A program made the translations under genes and the position numbers. Below are positions 45,349 to 54,430 of a stretch of 64,000 nucleotides of DNA, in pieces. Under the pieces are notes generated by a model that was given only the letters and a program-made list of their open reading frames with translations, did not search any database and was not told the origin of the DNA. Where the stretch lies: IMG/VR virus record IMGVR_UViG_3300020603_000002; one strand, given 5' to 3'. The DNA is from an uncultured virus (IMG/VR IMGVR_UViG_3300020603_000002) (taxonomy: Duplodnaviria; Heunggongvirae; Uroviricota; Caudoviricetes). The number at the start of each line of letters is the position of its first letter. Within the stretch, counting starts at the first letter, position 1.

Positions 45349-45957
45349 TTAATTCCAAATTTTTTTGTATCTCATAAATCCTAAAACACAAGTATAGGCA
45401 TCTGTTTGATCAAAATTTTCTTTTTTAAGTGTATTGTTTTTAGTATAATGCCAAGTAATCTGAGGTTCTCTTTTAGCCACCTTTTCCCAAATTATTATTT
45501 TTTTATCAACATCTTTAGGTAGTCCACCAAATAATACAAATTTCTTTTTATCATTTTCTTGGACCAATTCAGGAAATGCAAATTTTCTTGAATTATAAGT
45601 TGAAATAAATTCAGGAACTATATCTAAAACATTATAAATTTCTTTAAAAATAAAACTATTGAATCTAAGAAGAGTTTGTATTGTATGAAGATTGTTAGAA
45701 TTCAAAAGTGGTTCTTCTATTATCACTCTAACTATACCTAAATTTTTATAATATTTTAATTTTTCGGCAAATATTTCAGACTTAAGTATAAGTTCTTTTA
45801 ATTTTTCGTCTTCTTTTTCCATTTTGGGTCTTGGTGAAACATGTGTAAGTTCCAAAAGATCTTGACTTTGAATATCGAATAATGCCCAACCAATAGTGCG
45901 GGTTGAAACGTCAAGTCCTAATATTTTAGGGGTGTTTTTTAATTTTGTGTTATTCAT
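45349..45957 (-). CDS. ruvC: RuvC-like Holliday junction resolvase
   Basis: ILGLDVST..GW, IIEE, D..DA RNase H-fold motifs. Confidence 0.8.
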   Translation of the reverse strand: MNNTKLKNTPKILGLDVSTRTIGWALFDIQSQDLLELTHVSPRPKMEKEDEKLKELILKSEIFAEKLKYYKNLGIVRVIIEEPLLNSNNLHTIQTLLRFNSFIFKEIYNVLDIVPEFISTYNSRKFAFPELVQENDKKKFVLFGGLPKDVDKKIIIWEKVAKREPQITWHYTKNNTLKKENFDQTDAYTCVLGFMRYKKIWN

Positions 45958-46056
45958 TTAAATTTTCTTAGAAAGAATTTTCTTATTTGCATATAAGATT
46001 CAAAATTTTAACTCACCGTAAAGTTCGGTAAAAAGTTTAAATTGTAAAGTTTCCGA

Positions 46057-48564
46057 TTAAATATCTAATTTAACAAAATATTGTTGAATTCCCTGTCTCA
46101 AAACTGGCGATTGCATTTTGGACATTATTAAAACATCTTTGTTTTCATCCATCAATGCAATTTCCGTAATGTAAGATGGTGTTCCGAAAGTCCAAGTTGG
46201 ATTTTGCGAAATTATGAATTCATTTACGCTCAAATTAATTTTATATTTCATTTCGTAAATTGTTGCTTGGATGTCTGTTTCCAAATTTCCATAAAAATAG
46301 TATTCATCCCCGAAATTTAAATTTACTCCACTTGCACCGTTTGGTACTAAACTTACATAATCATTTAAGTCATAATAAGGTGCCGAGTAATAGTTTTCTG
46401 AAGTGATTACAAATGTGGTTGCTGTAAGAGATTCTTGAGTTACAAACCCATTTATAAAATCATTTTGTATCTGACTTGTAAAATCTATCATCCTCCATAA
46501 AGTAGGGTCAGGTCTTACACCTGTTGGTCTAATTTGTGCTAAAATTTGAAATTCTTGAGCGTAAAATCCAGCAGGGACAACACATGTTGGACATTGAGTT
46601 GTGGTTGTTGTTGTGTAAGGATAAAATGTGGTGGTAGTTGTTGTGTTAGGATAAATTGTGGTGGTAGTTGTTGTGGTTGTTGGTGAATATCCAGGTTGAA
46701 CTAAACATGGAAATTCACCACCAAATCTTACTGCAACATTTTTTGGTGTGTCTGGTGTGCAAATATTTTCAGTTCCCACAACACTCGTGTAATAATTACT
46801 ATGTAAAGAATTTGTGAATGTATTGGTATTTGACAGTCTATAAGTAACCCATAATGTTTCTGCTCCTCCAGTTAAAACACCTGTAGTATTCGAGGTTCCA
46901 CAAGTATTCGGTGTAATCAATGAAACTTGTGGTGCTGGTAGAGTCCAGTTTCTGTTTGATTTATTGGATAATGCCGCAACCAATTCTTCGTCATCAATGA
47001 TGATTAGTTTGGAATCGGGATATACTTTTCCAATTCTACTTGGCAAACCATTAGATTGTGCAAATGTGTCCCACAAATTATAATATCTAATACCAAGTTG
47101 ATTCATCTGTTGTGATATTTTAGACTTAGTAAATTGTACTTGAAATAAATTTTGATTTTCGAATCCTGGTGGATCAACAAAAAAAGTTTGCCCAAAACAA
47201 CATTCAGGATTTTTATGCCACATTATTGTTGGCATGTAAAGTTTGAAATTTCTTGCTTGGCCTTGCGTATTTTCGGGATTCGTAAAATCATAAGGTTCTA
47301 ATGCAAATTTTTCACCATAAAAAAAATCAATTGTTTGATTGGTATAATGAATAATTGCGATTGCTTTTTGTTCTTCAGGTGTCACTACAATTTTTTCTTT
47401 GAAAGAATTATAGTAATAAACATCATCGGTAGAACTTTGACCCTTTGATGAATTATAACCAAAGTATTCTTTTTGACCTATATAATTTATTGAGCCGAAT
47501 TTTGTGTAATCTTGGAATTTAGTCGATATCAAACCAGCAGGGCTTTCAGTCCACGGAATATTCATATTCCATATTTTAACATCAAACTGATCCGTATCAC
47601 AAACAGATTCAAAATCAATAACATTTTTATTCCAATGTGGTTCAGGAGTAAAACTATCATATATTGGAACCATCTGCGGGGGATAAATTAAAGTTCTTGC
47701 CAAACAATCGCTTGATAAATTAGTAAAGTCAGGTGTATTTCTGTCTAATGTTAATAGGTTACCGCAAACATCAACAATTTTATAAGTAAGAATTGAAAAA
47801 CAACTAACGACATCTTTTATACAATCTGGTGGTTGAGGTATTGGACATTGAGCGCTTGGTGTGGGTGTTAAACATGGAGTATGTGTCGGTGATGGTGTAG
47901 GTGTAGGTGACGCACATGGTTCTGATAATGTGCTTGTAGGAGTGGGTGTTGGTGTTGGTGTACTGTAAAGGGATGGTGTTGGTGTTGGTGTTGGATAATT
48001 ACTACAAACACAATCAGTTTTTGCCCTACCATCGTAATAAATTGTTATAAAATCACCAACATTCGGGGTGTTGTTGTTTTGAACGTTACAGTCCATTTTT
48101 TCGACCAAAATTTGATTTGTTCCTTTAAGAGTGGACATATTAACCACATAATTTGGAGTTATGACATACGAATTATTTACAAGTGCCTTCCAATCTATTG
48201 TAGTTGCGGTTGTATTTCCCGTAAAAAAACCTCTCATTGCGGCCCTATTATAAACAGAATTAATATCAGAGTCCATAAAAGGTATACCATATATGTTAGT
48301 TTCACCTTGATCAACCAAATAAGGATATTTTATATATTGTCGGTTTGACTCAGGAACACCCGAACTATTTTGGGCATTAAATTGTGGCTCTAAAACTACA
48401 GTATTTGTTTGGTTATAGGTTGTAGGTAATTCATCATATGTAATTTCACTATCTCCAACCGCAAAATAGACAATATTAAATCTCCCTTCAGACATTCTTT
48501 GTCTTCCTGTATCAGTTACCCTTGTATTAACTAAACCTGATGTGTTTTTTATTATATATGCCAT
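46057..48564 (-). CDS. tail/baseplate structural protein with PT- and T-rich insertions
   Basis: N-terminal TDTGR...F.VGD and C-terminal ITEIAL.D...L...K, typical of tail-collar/baseplate proteins. Confidence 0.65.
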   Translation of the reverse strand: MAYIIKNTSGLVNTRVTDTGRQRMSEGRFNIVYFAVGDSEITYDELPTTYNQTNTVVLEPQFNAQNSSGVPESNRQYIKYPYLVDQGETNIYGIPFMDSDINSVYNRAAMRGFFTGNTTATTIDWKALVNNSYVITPNYVVNMSTLKGTNQILVEKMDCNVQNNNTPNVGDFITIYYDGRAKTDCVCSNYPTPTPTPSLYSTPTPTPTPTSTLSEPCASPTPTPSPTHTPCLTPTPSAQCPIPQPPDCIKDVVSCFSILTYKIVDVCGNLLTLDRNTPDFTNLSSDCLARTLIYPPQMVPIYDSFTPEPHWNKNVIDFESVCDTDQFDVKIWNMNIPWTESPAGLISTKFQDYTKFGSINYIGQKEYFGYNSSKGQSSTDDVYYYNSFKEKIVVTPEEQKAIAIIHYTNQTIDFFYGEKFALEPYDFTNPENTQGQARNFKLYMPTIMWHKNPECCFGQTFFVDPPGFENQNLFQVQFTKSKISQQMNQLGIRYYNLWDTFAQSNGLPSRIGKVYPDSKLIIIDDEELVAALSNKSNRNWTLPAPQVSLITPNTCGTSNTTGVLTGGAETLWVTYRLSNTNTFTNSLHSNYYTSVVGTENICTPDTPKNVAVRFGGEFPCLVQPGYSPTTTTTTTTIYPNTTTTTTFYPYTTTTTTQCPTCVVPAGFYAQEFQILAQIRPTGVRPDPTLWRMIDFTSQIQNDFINGFVTQESLTATTFVITSENYYSAPYYDLNDYVSLVPNGASGVNLNFGDEYYFYGNLETDIQATIYEMKYKINLSVNEFIISQNPTWTFGTPSYITEIALMDENKDVLIMSKMQSPVLRQGIQQYFVKLDI

Positions 48565-48591
48565 TTATTTAATAAATATTCTTATTTTGAT

Positions 48592-50721
48592 TTATTCATT
48601 CGGTTGTGGTGTAGGTGGTGAAGTGATGATTGTTTTAGGATTACAACAACTACAATTGTTTAAAACAACATTCGATAGCGTAAGTGAATAATATCCTAAT
48701 GCAAATTTACAAAGTCCAACTGGTTGATTGATTATGTTTGTAGAAGTGCTCCCTGATATTACTTGACCACTTGTCATAGTTATTGTATTTAAGAATTGTT
48801 TTACGATTTGTGTATTATTAATAGGTCCTGTTATACTACACGGACCACCTAATGCATAAACATTGACTAATGTGTTTACAAGTGTCATATTCCCAACACC
48901 TTGAATATTTGTGAAATTATTATATGTTGGTATTGGAATTAAATTTTGGGGGTAATAATTAAAAGTTGAATTCATTACGACATCTAATGTAATGGTCACT
49001 CCAATCGGTAGAGACGGAGCGGTTAAAACAAAAGTATTATTGTTGTAATTTATATTGAAATCGATCACATAATCTGTTATAGGAACATTACCAACCACAA
49101 TGTTTGTTAATGAACCTGTTACATTATTTGAGTCTAATACAAAAATATCGTAATTGCCAGGTGACAAACTACCGAATATTGGTGACGATTGATATGTAAG
49201 TCCTCCATTGATAGAATATTGATAAGGCATTTGACCTCCATTTGCACTTACGGTAATACTTCCATTAGTATTACATTCTGCGTCATTTACAACAGTTGAA
49301 ACCACAATTTCATAAGAATCCAAACATTCGCCTTGAGTCATTTGTAAACTTAAAACTTCAGGAGGTCCATAAATTTGCCAATTACTTAATGGTGGATATG
49401 TCGGGTCATTGTTAACAATATTTATTAACGAATTTGAATAACCTGTAAATACCCATTGTGGCGGTGTTGATCCAATGTTCCAATAAACAACATATTGACC
49501 TGATGTTGAAGAAGTACCAGTCGAAGGGGAGGAAGGGGCCGAAGGAGAAGCTGAAGAACTTGTTGATGAAGACCAACTTGGTTCTCCATTTATTGTATTA
49601 CCCGAATCTAACTGTATTTGTAGTAATTCAACAGGAGAATCTGTTTTTGATGATCTTATAGTTAAAGTTACACACAATGATGTCAATTCAATAGGTATAG
49701 TCGGCTCTTCACAATTACCTAATGTGGATTGAGTTATCGAATATTGTGTGTCAGAAATAATTACCCAATTTCCTGTTGAACCAGTAGGATATAAATAATC
49801 ATTTTTGGTTAAAATGTTGTAGGGTTCCCCTTGACATTCCAAAGTAGTACAAAAAACCCACATATTATTATTTTGATCCCAAAATACATACCCCAAAAGT
49901 TCTACACCATATTGTATGATAAAATAAGGTTTTGTGTTTTTGAAACCTTCGGGTTGTGAATTTATAAAAACAAGTTCGCTTTCAACCAAACCAGTAAGTA
50001 CAAAACACATACCAGAAAAATTTGTGGTTTCAGCAGTTAAACTACAAGTTGTTGTCGCCGAAAAATCACCATAGTAGTCAGTAATTGTTGCCGAATAATC
50101 TCCAACCCCCAAATTAGTTAGTGCTGGAGCAAAACTTCCGATTTCCCAAAAAATAATATAAGGCGGAGTTCCACCTGTAACGATCAATTCTACCGCACCA
50201 TCAAAAGTTCTATCTGAGGAGGGTTGTTGTGTAAAACAACTAACTCCCATTGGAAATATCGTAATCACATCGCATTCATTTTTGGGTTTAACCGAAGGAA
50301 TACTTGTCGGACATTGATTGTCTTCACAAATATCCGTTAACTTTAAAGGTATCTGAATTTGATCATCAAACTGAGGATAAATTTTACTACAAATATTGTA
50401 AGTTAAACCTTGTGTAATTGTGTCTACAACAATGTTGTCATTACAATCGACATATGTTATGTCTGTTGTTTGGTCTTTTGATTTTATAAAATAACAATAA
50501 CAGTTACAAGTGCAAGTAATTCCTGTATTGATTGTAATTTCATATGTTATATCACATTCCACAATACCTAAATCGACAACAAAAAAACAAGTATCAGGTG
50601 TTTGTCCAGATATATCAATAGAAACATAATTAAATGATGACTCACTCAAACCAGAAAAATTTGATATAATTGGAGGATATGTTCCATCACAGGAATAGAG
50701 TATATAACAGTTTTCTATCAT
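48592..50721 (-). CDS. virion protein with SprB-like repeats
   Basis: DG.V.L.VTGGTPPY...L..G.Y...ITD and NGSITV...GG..PY.YS repeats. Confidence 0.7.
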   Translation of the reverse strand: MIENCYILYSCDGTYPPIISNFSGLSESSFNYVSIDISGQTPDTCFFVVDLGIVECDITYEITINTGITCTCNCYCYFIKSKDQTTDITYVDCNDNIVVDTITQGLTYNICSKIYPQFDDQIQIPLKLTDICEDNQCPTSIPSVKPKNECDVITIFPMGVSCFTQQPSSDRTFDGAVELIVTGGTPPYIIFWEIGSFAPALTNLGVGDYSATITDYYGDFSATTTCSLTAETTNFSGMCFVLTGLVESELVFINSQPEGFKNTKPYFIIQYGVELLGYVFWDQNNNMWVFCTTLECQGEPYNILTKNDYLYPTGSTGNWVIISDTQYSITQSTLGNCEEPTIPIELTSLCVTLTIRSSKTDSPVELLQIQLDSGNTINGEPSWSSSTSSSASPSAPSSPSTGTSSTSGQYVVYWNIGSTPPQWVFTGYSNSLINIVNNDPTYPPLSNWQIYGPPEVLSLQMTQGECLDSYEIVVSTVVNDAECNTNGSITVSANGGQMPYQYSINGGLTYQSSPIFGSLSPGNYDIFVLDSNNVTGSLTNIVVGNVPITDYVIDFNINYNNNTFVLTAPSLPIGVTITLDVVMNSTFNYYPQNLIPIPTYNNFTNIQGVGNMTLVNTLVNVYALGGPCSITGPINNTQIVKQFLNTITMTSGQVISGSTSTNIINQPVGLCKFALGYYSLTLSNVVLNNCSCCNPKTIITSPPTPQPNE

Positions 50722-50737
50722 GTTTTAATATAAATAA

Positions 50738-51718
50738 TTAAAAACTGTATTTTTGAAGATAAGTTTTCATGTTTTCAATATATTTTATTGTTGAGCTTTT
50801 AGAATCTATATAATCAAAATAATTTATGTTTTCTTTTAATTTTTTTAATGGGTCTATATTAATATAGGAACCTTTGTAGAATTTTGTATTTTTTAAGTCT
50901 TCAGTAACTCCTGCCATATGTAAAATTGGTTTTTTTTCATAGACTTCAATATTGTCGGTCGCCCATGAAAAATCAAGTTCTTTTGTTATAACTGTTTGTT
51001 TGTTGTCCTTCCACAAGTTCCACAATAAACTCCACATTTCTGCAGTCCAAAATTGAATTTCTCCAGGTGATATTGGAAATCTTTTTTGATAATCTAACAT
51101 TTGATTATACAACCCTATTGAGTCTTCATATATTTTTTCCCACAACTCATATGTTGTATCTTTGATAATATACTGACCTCCACCTGAATGTAGTCTATTT
51201 TTTTCAATAACGTCGATATCAATTTTTACAATTTCTGCCATTTCTTCTAACAACTGATTTCTTGTTGAACTCGGGTATTGTTGTTCATATCTTCTACAAC
51301 AATCAACTATATAGTCATAACTAATATATCCATTCGTGTCTGACAAATAACAAACGTCATCTTGAATCATTTTTTCAAAATTTGGTAAAGTTCTAAATAT
51401 TATATCCGCGTCATGTAGAAAAAATAATTTTCCGTTTTGAGGACAATCTTTAATCCACTTTGAAATCAGGTATGGTTTTATAGAAGGTATGTAATGTTTT
51501 TTTTTTCTTTCGTCAAAATAGTAATGGACTTTTACTCCCATTTTTTTTAACTCTGAAGACTCCTTAGATGGCTCTTGACTTGGGGTTACAATTGCAAAAA
51601 TTATATGAATATTTGATGGGTCAATTTTTTTTTCAATAAAGTTGTGAATATAAAGTTTGGCTTGCCAAATGAAGTATGGAACATCTGGTTGTGCTGTGAC
51701 AAATAATAGATTTTCCAT
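50738..51718 (-). CDS. GT-A fold glycosyltransferase
   Basis: Y..WQ, Y.PS.KP, HDADIIF (DxD), GGGQY, WTAEMWS, ILH.AG. Confidence 0.75.
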   Translation of the reverse strand: MENLLFVTAQPDVPYFIWQAKLYIHNFIEKKIDPSNIHIIFAIVTPSQEPSKESSELKKMGVKVHYYFDERKKKHYIPSIKPYLISKWIKDCPQNGKLFFLHDADIIFRTLPNFEKMIQDDVCYLSDTNGYISYDYIVDCCRRYEQQYPSSTRNQLLEEMAEIVKIDIDVIEKNRLHSGGGQYIIKDTTYELWEKIYEDSIGLYNQMLDYQKRFPISPGEIQFWTAEMWSLLWNLWKDNKQTVITKELDFSWATDNIEVYEKKPILHMAGVTEDLKNTKFYKGSYINIDPLKKLKENINYFDYIDSKSSTIKYIENMKTYLQKYSF

Positions 51719-51752
51719 AAAAAAAAAATAAATAAAAAAACTATAAAGTGAA

Positions 51753-52003
51753 TTAACCTACCTTATCAATTGTAACAATTCAATATGGAATTACTGTAAC
51801 GTTTCATGAAGCCACTTGATGTTTTATAAACATCTGATTATTAACATTACTATTTATCTCCCATTTTAATTTTACATTCTTGTTCGCGGTTGTTGTTTGG
51901 AAAAATAAGTTCCAAGCAGGAACAACATAAAGAGAATTCTATGATTAACCGATTCGACTTAAACTATTAGGAACATCTAAACCGTTTTGGTAAAGTCAAA
52001 ATC
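51753..52003 (-). pseudogene. decayed C-terminal fragment of a tail-fibre / C1q-like beta-domain gene
   Basis: *LYQNGLDVPNSLSRIG*S*NSLYVVPAWNLFFQ...LKW...VIPY*IVTIDKVG*, with several stops and no start. Confidence 0.6.
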
Positions 52004-52006
52004 TGT

Positions 52007-52231
52007 TTATGAAGAACAGTAAACAATTTCATAAAACAAACACCCCTGACTATCAATGATGGTGAGTTGCATGGCAGGAGCTGTGTCGAATTGCGAAGGT
52101 AAATTAAAAATATGAGGTAAGGTTGATCCTGTTCCTAAATATTGGCATTGATTACCATATATATCACAAGCAATACCACTAAATGGCGGGACTAAATCAA
52201 CTATTGTTGTGACTGAAACTTGGTTTGCCAT
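52007..52231 (-). CDS. small structural-type protein (paralog of 43217..43453)
   Basis: PPF...CD.YGNQC.Y...LP...IIDS.GC. Confidence 0.65.
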   Translation of the reverse strand: MANQVSVTTIVDLVPPFSGIACDIYGNQCQYLGTGSTLPHIFNLPSQFDTAPAMQLTIIDSQGCLFYEIVYCSS

Positions 52232-54430
52232 TTAACTACAATCTACACAAGAAATGTTATAATCAATTACTAAATTAACTTCTATTTCTGTATCTTGTAA
52301 TGGATTTATAACTTGTGGTTTACAGGATTTATTAATTTCTTCACAGTTTGTTTTTATCGTAATTCTATTAGAAACTAAATCAATAGTTACGTCCGAAATT
52401 CCAACAAAACCATTCAAAATGTCAGTGATCGCTTCCGCCCACTGAATATCGTTAGGATAATCTGTTCCACCATTAGATGAATAAAATTCAGTAATGGCGG
52501 ATTGTGAACCCACTTTAGCTGAAATAGAAAATGTCGCAGAGTCTATAATACAATTGGTATCTCCACTTGTTAAATCATAAAACCCTTCTAGAAACATTGA
52601 TCTAACAGTTCTTTTTGTGACTAATCCACTATCGATAAAAATATTATTACAAACATTGTAATATTGATAATTACTAAATTTTTTTGTTCCTTGTAAGGTT
52701 GTGTATTTCGTAAGACTACATCCACTTTCGTCAATCACAGTTAAACTATAAGTGCCTGCGGTTAGACCAGTCACAACATAGCCATCTTGTGTCTCTGCAG
52801 TACCTCCACTCCAATTGAGAGTAAATGGCGGAGTTCCTTGTGTTATAAATGCGGTTATAGACCCGTCTTTACCAACAATTGGTTGGTTAGGAACTAAATT
52901 AAAATTTACAGGTTGACTTGTTGATATGTTTATTGGAAATGTTTGAATACAATTAGGTGTTGAAGAATCTTGTATTGTTAATACATAATTTCCCGTGTAT
53001 AAGTTGTTAAAAACATTGAATGGACTTGTGACTGTTGTTGGATTTGTACCTGTGGGTCCTACCAAAGTATAAATATACGGAAATGTTCCACCAGTTGATG
53101 CTTCAACTTGTAAAATCCCATTGTTCAAACCACAAGTTGTTCCTGTCACTTGAGTTGTAGCACTAAATAAATTAACAGACTCAATTACTGTGGATGTAGT
53201 ATAAGTACACCCTGTCGATGTGACTGTAACAATATAAGTTCCATTTGATAACCCATTGAAAGTTTGATTAGAATTTCCCATTAAGCCAACTTTACTAATA
53301 CCTGTAGAACCAGATATAGAAATTTGTAGATTTAATACGGGACTTAATCCACCATCAACTAAAACATTCAAAGATCCATTGTTCACTGAACAAGTAGAAT
53401 TTGTTGTCGTTAACTGAACGGTTGTAAAAGAATTAGGAGTTGTCAAACTTACTGAATCGTAAATTGTACATAGTCCGGCATCGGTGACTAAAAAAGAATA
53501 AAATCCTGTTGACAATCCTGTAAATGTAACTGATGAACTAAATGTTATTTCAACTTGTCCTGTAGAAGCACTAAAAAAATATGGTGGAGTTCCATCTACA
53601 ATTATAAATTCTACCTCTCCATCGTTACTAAAACATGTTGGTTGTGAAATTACAATAAAACCACCCGAAGTTAATGGGGCAACTGAATTAACCGTAAATG
53701 ATTGTGAGGAGGAACAACCAATAGAATTAGTAACTGTTGCGATATATACACCTGCCGTTAGACCGGTAATTGTAGACCCTGTTTGACCATTTGCGTTGGA
53801 AGACCACGTTATTGTGTAATCGACTGATGGCGATGTTAAACCTGTGATAAATATTTTACCACTTCCATTTCCAATACAACTAGCATCATCAACAACATAA
53901 CCACCAAAGGTGATACCTGATGATGGATTTAAAATTACTGAAGCGGTAATTCCATTACATCCTCCACCATCATCGGCAACTATGTAGTAAGTTCCCGCAG
54001 ACAGACTTGTGAAATCTAAATAGTTTGTGGTAGAAATTCCACTAGTTATTAGATTATTCGTAATGTCATAAAGTAAAAATGTTGTAAAACCATAAACGGA
54101 TGAGGTGAATCCTGTTATACTTCCGTTGTTGAATCCACAACTAGTATTTGTAGAATCAATTGTGGCGGTTGTTCCTGTTGAAATATAGACTGTAATTATA
54201 ATTGAAGCCGAAGTACCGTCAGTTATTTGTAAAAAGTAAGTTCCACCTGATAAACCAGTTACCCTATATTCGTATGGTTCGGTTAGAGCTGAAGTTGGTA
54301 GTGGACAACCTGCGGTTATACAGTTTACCGCAAATGGGGGTGTTGATCCTGTGACGCTGAAAAACAGCTCAGCTGAGTTTGTATTTGTACAATCACCTCT
54401 TACACTATATTGTTCAATCGAAATACTCAT
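52232..54430 (-). CDS. SprB-repeat-rich virion protein (fibre/adhesin-like)
   Basis: About 7 repeats of C...G.I......GG..P.......GL.AG.Y...V.D..GC. Confidence 0.75.
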   Translation of the reverse strand: MSISIEQYSVRGDCTNTNSAELFFSVTGSTPPFAVNCITAGCPLPTSALTEPYEYRVTGLSGGTYFLQITDGTSASIIITVYISTGTTATIDSTNTSCGFNNGSITGFTSSVYGFTTFLLYDITNNLITSGISTTNYLDFTSLSAGTYYIVADDGGGCNGITASVILNPSSGITFGGYVVDDASCIGNGSGKIFITGLTSPSVDYTITWSSNANGQTGSTITGLTAGVYIATVTNSIGCSSSQSFTVNSVAPLTSGGFIVISQPTCFSNDGEVEFIIVDGTPPYFFSASTGQVEITFSSSVTFTGLSTGFYSFLVTDAGLCTIYDSVSLTTPNSFTTVQLTTTNSTCSVNNGSLNVLVDGGLSPVLNLQISISGSTGISKVGLMGNSNQTFNGLSNGTYIVTVTSTGCTYTTSTVIESVNLFSATTQVTGTTCGLNNGILQVEASTGGTFPYIYTLVGPTGTNPTTVTSPFNVFNNLYTGNYVLTIQDSSTPNCIQTFPINISTSQPVNFNLVPNQPIVGKDGSITAFITQGTPPFTLNWSGGTAETQDGYVVTGLTAGTYSLTVIDESGCSLTKYTTLQGTKKFSNYQYYNVCNNIFIDSGLVTKRTVRSMFLEGFYDLTSGDTNCIIDSATFSISAKVGSQSAITEFYSSNGGTDYPNDIQWAEAITDILNGFVGISDVTIDLVSNRITIKTNCEEINKSCKPQVINPLQDTEIEVNLVIDYNISCVDCS

